From Squalus acanthias (taxonomy: Eukaryota): DNA of 64,000 nucleotides. The position numbers and the translations under genes were made by a program. Position 1 is the first letter of the stretch. Each line of letters starts with the position of its first letter. The stretch is taken from NCBI GenBank assembly GCA_030390025.1, contig CM059428.1:43400001-43464000 (forward strand), in the 5' to 3' direction. Positions 60,364-64,000 of this stretch are shown in pieces. The notes under the pieces were generated by a model that worked only from the letters and a program-made list of their open reading frames with translations, was not told the DNA's origin and did not search any database.

Positions 60364-60418
60364 ATGGTGAGAAGTCTGCTCGCTGTTTTGGTGGCTGTTG
60401 AATTCAGTTTGGCTGTTG
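60364..60418 (+). CDS. cd276-like: B7/CD276-like gene C, signal-peptide exon (MVRSLLAVLVAVEFSLAV)
   Basis: Acceptor before 60345, ATG at 60364, phase-1 G|GTAAGT donor. Confidence 0.83.
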
Positions 60419-60893
60419 GTAAGTCTTTAAATGTAACTGTTTCCTTGCACACATTAGAATGAACGATCTACACAGTTTGAGGTGGTCTTTTCACCATTGA
60501 GCAATGGCCCAAAGCAATAACAGTAGTTTCACTTGTAATGTTGGGTAATTTTAATGGGCAAGATGTGTGAGGTAATGCATTTGGGGAGGGCTAACAAGGA
60601 AAGGGAATACACATTAAATGGTAGGATACTGAGTAGTGTAGAGGAACAAAGGGACCTTGGAGTGCATGTCCACAGATCCCTGAAGGTAGCAAGCCAGGTA
60701 GATAAGGTGGTTAAGAAGGCATACGGAATGCTTGCCTTTATTAGCTGTGGCATAGAATATAAGAGCAGGGGGGTTATGCTTCAACTGTATAAAACACTAG
60801 TTAGACCTCAGCTAGAGTACTGCCTGCAGTTCTGGTCAGCACATTACAGGAAGGATGTGATTGTACTCGAGAAGGTACAGAAGAGATTTACAA

Positions 60894-61139
60894 TCTCTCC
60901 TGCTTTCTATCCTATCACTGACCTTCCCTTTTGTTCTTTCATCCCCTCCCCCTTTTCCCAGCCCTAAACTTGCTTTAAAATCTATTTCATTTCCTGCTTT
61001 TTTCCAGTTCTGACGGAAGGTCTTCGACCTGAAACGTTAACTCTGTTTCTTTCTCCACGGATGCTGCCTGACCTGCTGAGTTTTTCCAGCGTTTTCTGTT
61101 GTTATTTCGGATTTCCAGCATCCGCAGTATTTTGCTATC
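60894..61139 (+). mobile_element. Penelope-like terminal fragment nested in CR1, 10-bp TSD
   Basis: TSD agatttacaa at 60884-60893 and 61140-61149. Confidence 0.85.
61006..61042 (+). ncRNA. Minimal hammerhead ribozyme (Penelope-type) with a 1-nt insertion in the core
   Basis: AGUU CUGACG(G)A AGGUC UUC GACCU GAAA CG UU AACU. Confidence 0.6.
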
Positions 61140-61793
61140 AGATTTACAAGGATGTTGCCGGGAGTAGAGAATCTTCGCCATGAGGAAAGACTCGATAGGC
61201 TGGGTCTGTTTTCCTTGGAACAGAGGAGGCTGAAGGGAGACCTTATTGAGGTGTATAAAATTATGAGGGGCACAGATAAAGTGGATAGAAAGGACATATT
61301 TCCCTTAGCAGAGGGGTCAAAAACCAGGGGGCACAGATTTAAAGTAATTGGTGGAAGGTTTAGAGGGGAAATTTCTTCACCCAGAGGGTTGTGGGGGTCT
61401 GGAACTCACTGCCTGAAAGGGTGGTAGAGGCAGGAACCCTAACCACGTTTAAAAAGTACTTGGATGTGCACTTGGGATGCTCTAACCTGCAGGGCTGGGA
61501 AGTAGGATTCGGCTGGATAGCTCTTTGTTGGCCGGCGCGGACACGATGGGCCGAAATGGCCTCCTTCCGTGCTGTAACTTTCTATGATTCTAAGATGGAT
61601 ACTTCCCAAGTAAACATTGTTCATGGAGCTGAAAAGAATATTTCAAAGAAATAGCCCCATCTATTTTGTGGTGTTTACTGATCATGTTGCTGCAGATGCT
61701 GCAGTTACTTTTTTTATGTCCATTTGGTGAGGTGAGGGAACCAAACTTCTTCTATTTCAATAGATCACAGGAAATATCAACGCAGGAAATATC

Positions 61794-62557
61794 GGGCCAG
61801 AAATTCGGCTCTCCGGCTTCCTAAGGGTGCAAGCATCGCGCGCGTACTTGCCTACCGCGCCTGCCGTTGTGCTTCGGGCCCACGAGGACTTCGGCTCCTG
61901 GGCCTCCTACAGCTGCCAGCGCGCAGTGCTTGCGTATCCCAGGGGCGCAGTTAGTTCGAAGCGTCCCCTGGGATCACGTGGGCCATGGAGAGCCAATCGG
62001 AGCAGGGCATTTTCATTCATAGATTTGACAGGAAGACCTGTCAAATCTATGAATAGAGATCGGCCCCAAAACCACACTTAAACTTCAAATAAATTTTTTT
62101 TAAAACATTGCATTTTTAAAATAACTATAGGTTACATAAATTAACTACTTCAAACAAAAATTAAAATTTTTGAAAAAATTAATTATACTTTTTAACGTGC
62201 TAAAAATAAACTTACCTTTCTTTAAAGTATGTAAAAAAGATAAACCTGTTGAAAAAATGTTTAAATTGTAATTAATTAACCACTTACCTTGTTAAAAACA
62301 GGCCTTGCACCTCCTTTTTAAAAGTGCAGCTTCTCCATGCTTACCCTCATGGAGAAACCTGAAAAAAAAAGCGAAGTTCGCTGCGTGTCCGCAGCCTCTA
62401 CCGCGCACGCGTTCGACTTCTGAACCCCTTCCTTCAGGGGAACAGAAGTTCCGGTTTCCCGCGCATGCGCAGTGCATGCAGGAAACCGGCACTTCAGGTG
62501 GCCTTACGGGTGAGTACACAGCGCGTACTCACCCGACAAGAGACGAATTTCTGGCCC
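61794..62557. mobile_element. Non-autonomous Harbinger-type MITE in gene C intron
   Basis: TIRs GGGCCAGAAATTCG / CGAATTTCTGGCCC; TSD ATC; absent at the homologous gene B site (~39600). Confidence 0.9.
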
Positions 62558-62681
62558 ATCAACTCTTCAGGGAAGAGAGAAAATGCAGAAGCGGGGATAA
62601 TTGCTTTTTAGTGCTTTCCTGTGTTCAAGATTAAATCTCTTGGAACAATGCTGTTACTAATCTATTTGTTTTAATTCACAG

Positions 62682-63035
62682 CTCAGTTTACTGTTCACAC
62701 CCCAGAAGCACCAGTGACTGCTGTCTACGGTCAGTACACGGTGCTGAGTTGCAGCTTTAAAGCTCAGGGTGAATCGTCACTGGATCTGCTGGTCATCAAT
62801 TGGCAACGTGTCGAGACGGAGGAAGTTGTTTATAGTTATTATTCTGGAAAAGAGCAACTCAGTCGCCAAAGCCCTCGGTATTCGGGGAGGACAAGCTTAT
62901 TCCCAGAGGAGTTAAAACAAGGGAACGTTTCAGTGAAGCTGGACAGAGTGAGACCAGAGGATGCTGGACAGTATGTGTGCTTTGTCAGTAACGGAAAAGG
63001 AATTGGCCAGGGCATTGTGTCTCTAATATTTGCAG
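62682..63035 (+). CDS. cd276-like: B7/CD276-like gene C, IgV exon
   Basis: 354 nt, phase 1-1; close paralogue of the gene B IgV exon. Confidence 0.9.
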
Positions 63036-63621
63036 GTACATGCTTCTTTCAGTTTTCATTTTTGTTCTGTCAGTGCTGCAAATTAAAGTCATGCTTCTTG
63101 GCCTCCCCTGATGGCTCAGTGAGTCTCACCATTGAGTGCCTGAGCCGTACAGACCAGGTTTGATGCCCAGACTGTGCTGGTGTAGCTCCTCTCCGCTGGA
63201 GCAGTGCTATTGGTGCAATCGACACACCTCGGTTAGGGTTGGCACTCCCATTTGCTATTCAGCAAGCCCTGCCTGTGGACGGCTCCAGGATCGGGCTGAA
63301 CTGTGATGGCCTCGCAGGTGAAAAGCCCACTGATATTTACCATCAAGGGTTATGTATGATTTTGGCTGAACAGCTGCCAGCAGGATATTGTGGGATTTTC
63401 ACCTTCAACTTGATCACTTGGTATAATGATTTGAATATCTCCAAATTGATCACAAACAGCAATATCTACTATTCTGTTTGTACTTTGATTTGTTGTTTTT
63501 GAAAATTAAAGCTTTTATTGCAATTTTCAATTAGTTATTAACTGGAACAAAATTCCTAGTTGGCATTATTTTTTATCAAGTTTATTTCTTGTTTCTAATG
63601 GCCCTTTTGTAAAATCTACAG

Positions 63622-63913
63622 CATACTACAAAGAACCTGACTTTTTTATCCAGTTAACACCATCCGGGACATTGTTCAGATTCGAGTCCCAAGGTTACCC
63701 TGAGGCTACTGTTTCCTGGTACAATGAAGAAAATGAGGATATTTCGACACTGTCTGAGACTACGTACTACGTACCAACAAAGTGGAGATGGTCTATACGC
63801 CCTGCAGAGTATTCTGCAAATCAATGACGCCAATAGGAGTTCGAACTACACATTCAGATTAAGAAATGATGTTCTACACCAATCAGTTTCTCGAACATTT
63901 GGTCTTTCTGTAG
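63622..63913 (+). pseudogene. cd276-like: B7/CD276-like gene C, IgC exon with frameshift
   Basis: 292 nt (285+7): TACGTAC is duplicated at 63761-63774, giving a premature TGA at 63825-63827. Splice sites are intact. Confidence 0.88.
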
Positions 63914-64000
63914 GTAAGTTGTGTCCTACACTCAGTACTCATAACCTCCAGTTGTCTTGCGATACAATGCTGAATCACGACATCTTGATCTCCATGCCAT

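Larger units (their letters stand above)
60566..61591 (+). mobile_element. CR1 3' fragment in gene C intron, flanked by AAGATG direct repeats
   Basis: AAGATG at 60560-60565 and 61592-61597. The empty site aatgggcaagatggataattccc is in genes A and B. Confidence 0.88.

Overview
Vertebrate genomic DNA, most likely from a cartilaginous fish (shark-type CR1 LINEs, Deu-domain tRNA SINEs and Penelope-like elements). No prokaryotic features are present. The genic content is a + strand tandem cluster of three B7-family (CD276/B7-H3-like) Ig-superfamily genes built from phase-1 leader, IgV and IgC exons. Gene A (6036-10443) is complete, with a TM exon. Gene B (37478-40970) has no TM exon that I could find. 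Gene C (60364-63913) has a 7-nt frameshifting duplication in its IgC exon. In all three, both canonical IgC cysteines are replaced by Phe. Gene A is a recent chimera: its promoter and leader come from a near-identical duplicated block of at least 6.7 kb (1-6686 = 31454-38128) shared with gene B, fused to a much more diverged V-C-TM module. Two independently inserted full-length PIF/Harbinger transposons are present (14877-19133, apparently fully intact with a transposase and a spliced Myb/SANT gene; 50865-55260, with a transposase nonsense mutation). The window also holds Harbinger-type MITEs, two solo LTRs, nested CR1s, Penelope-like fragments carrying minimal hammerhead ribozymes, and a 5S rRNA-derived fragment. 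All calls were made by eye; TE boundaries without TSDs are approximate.
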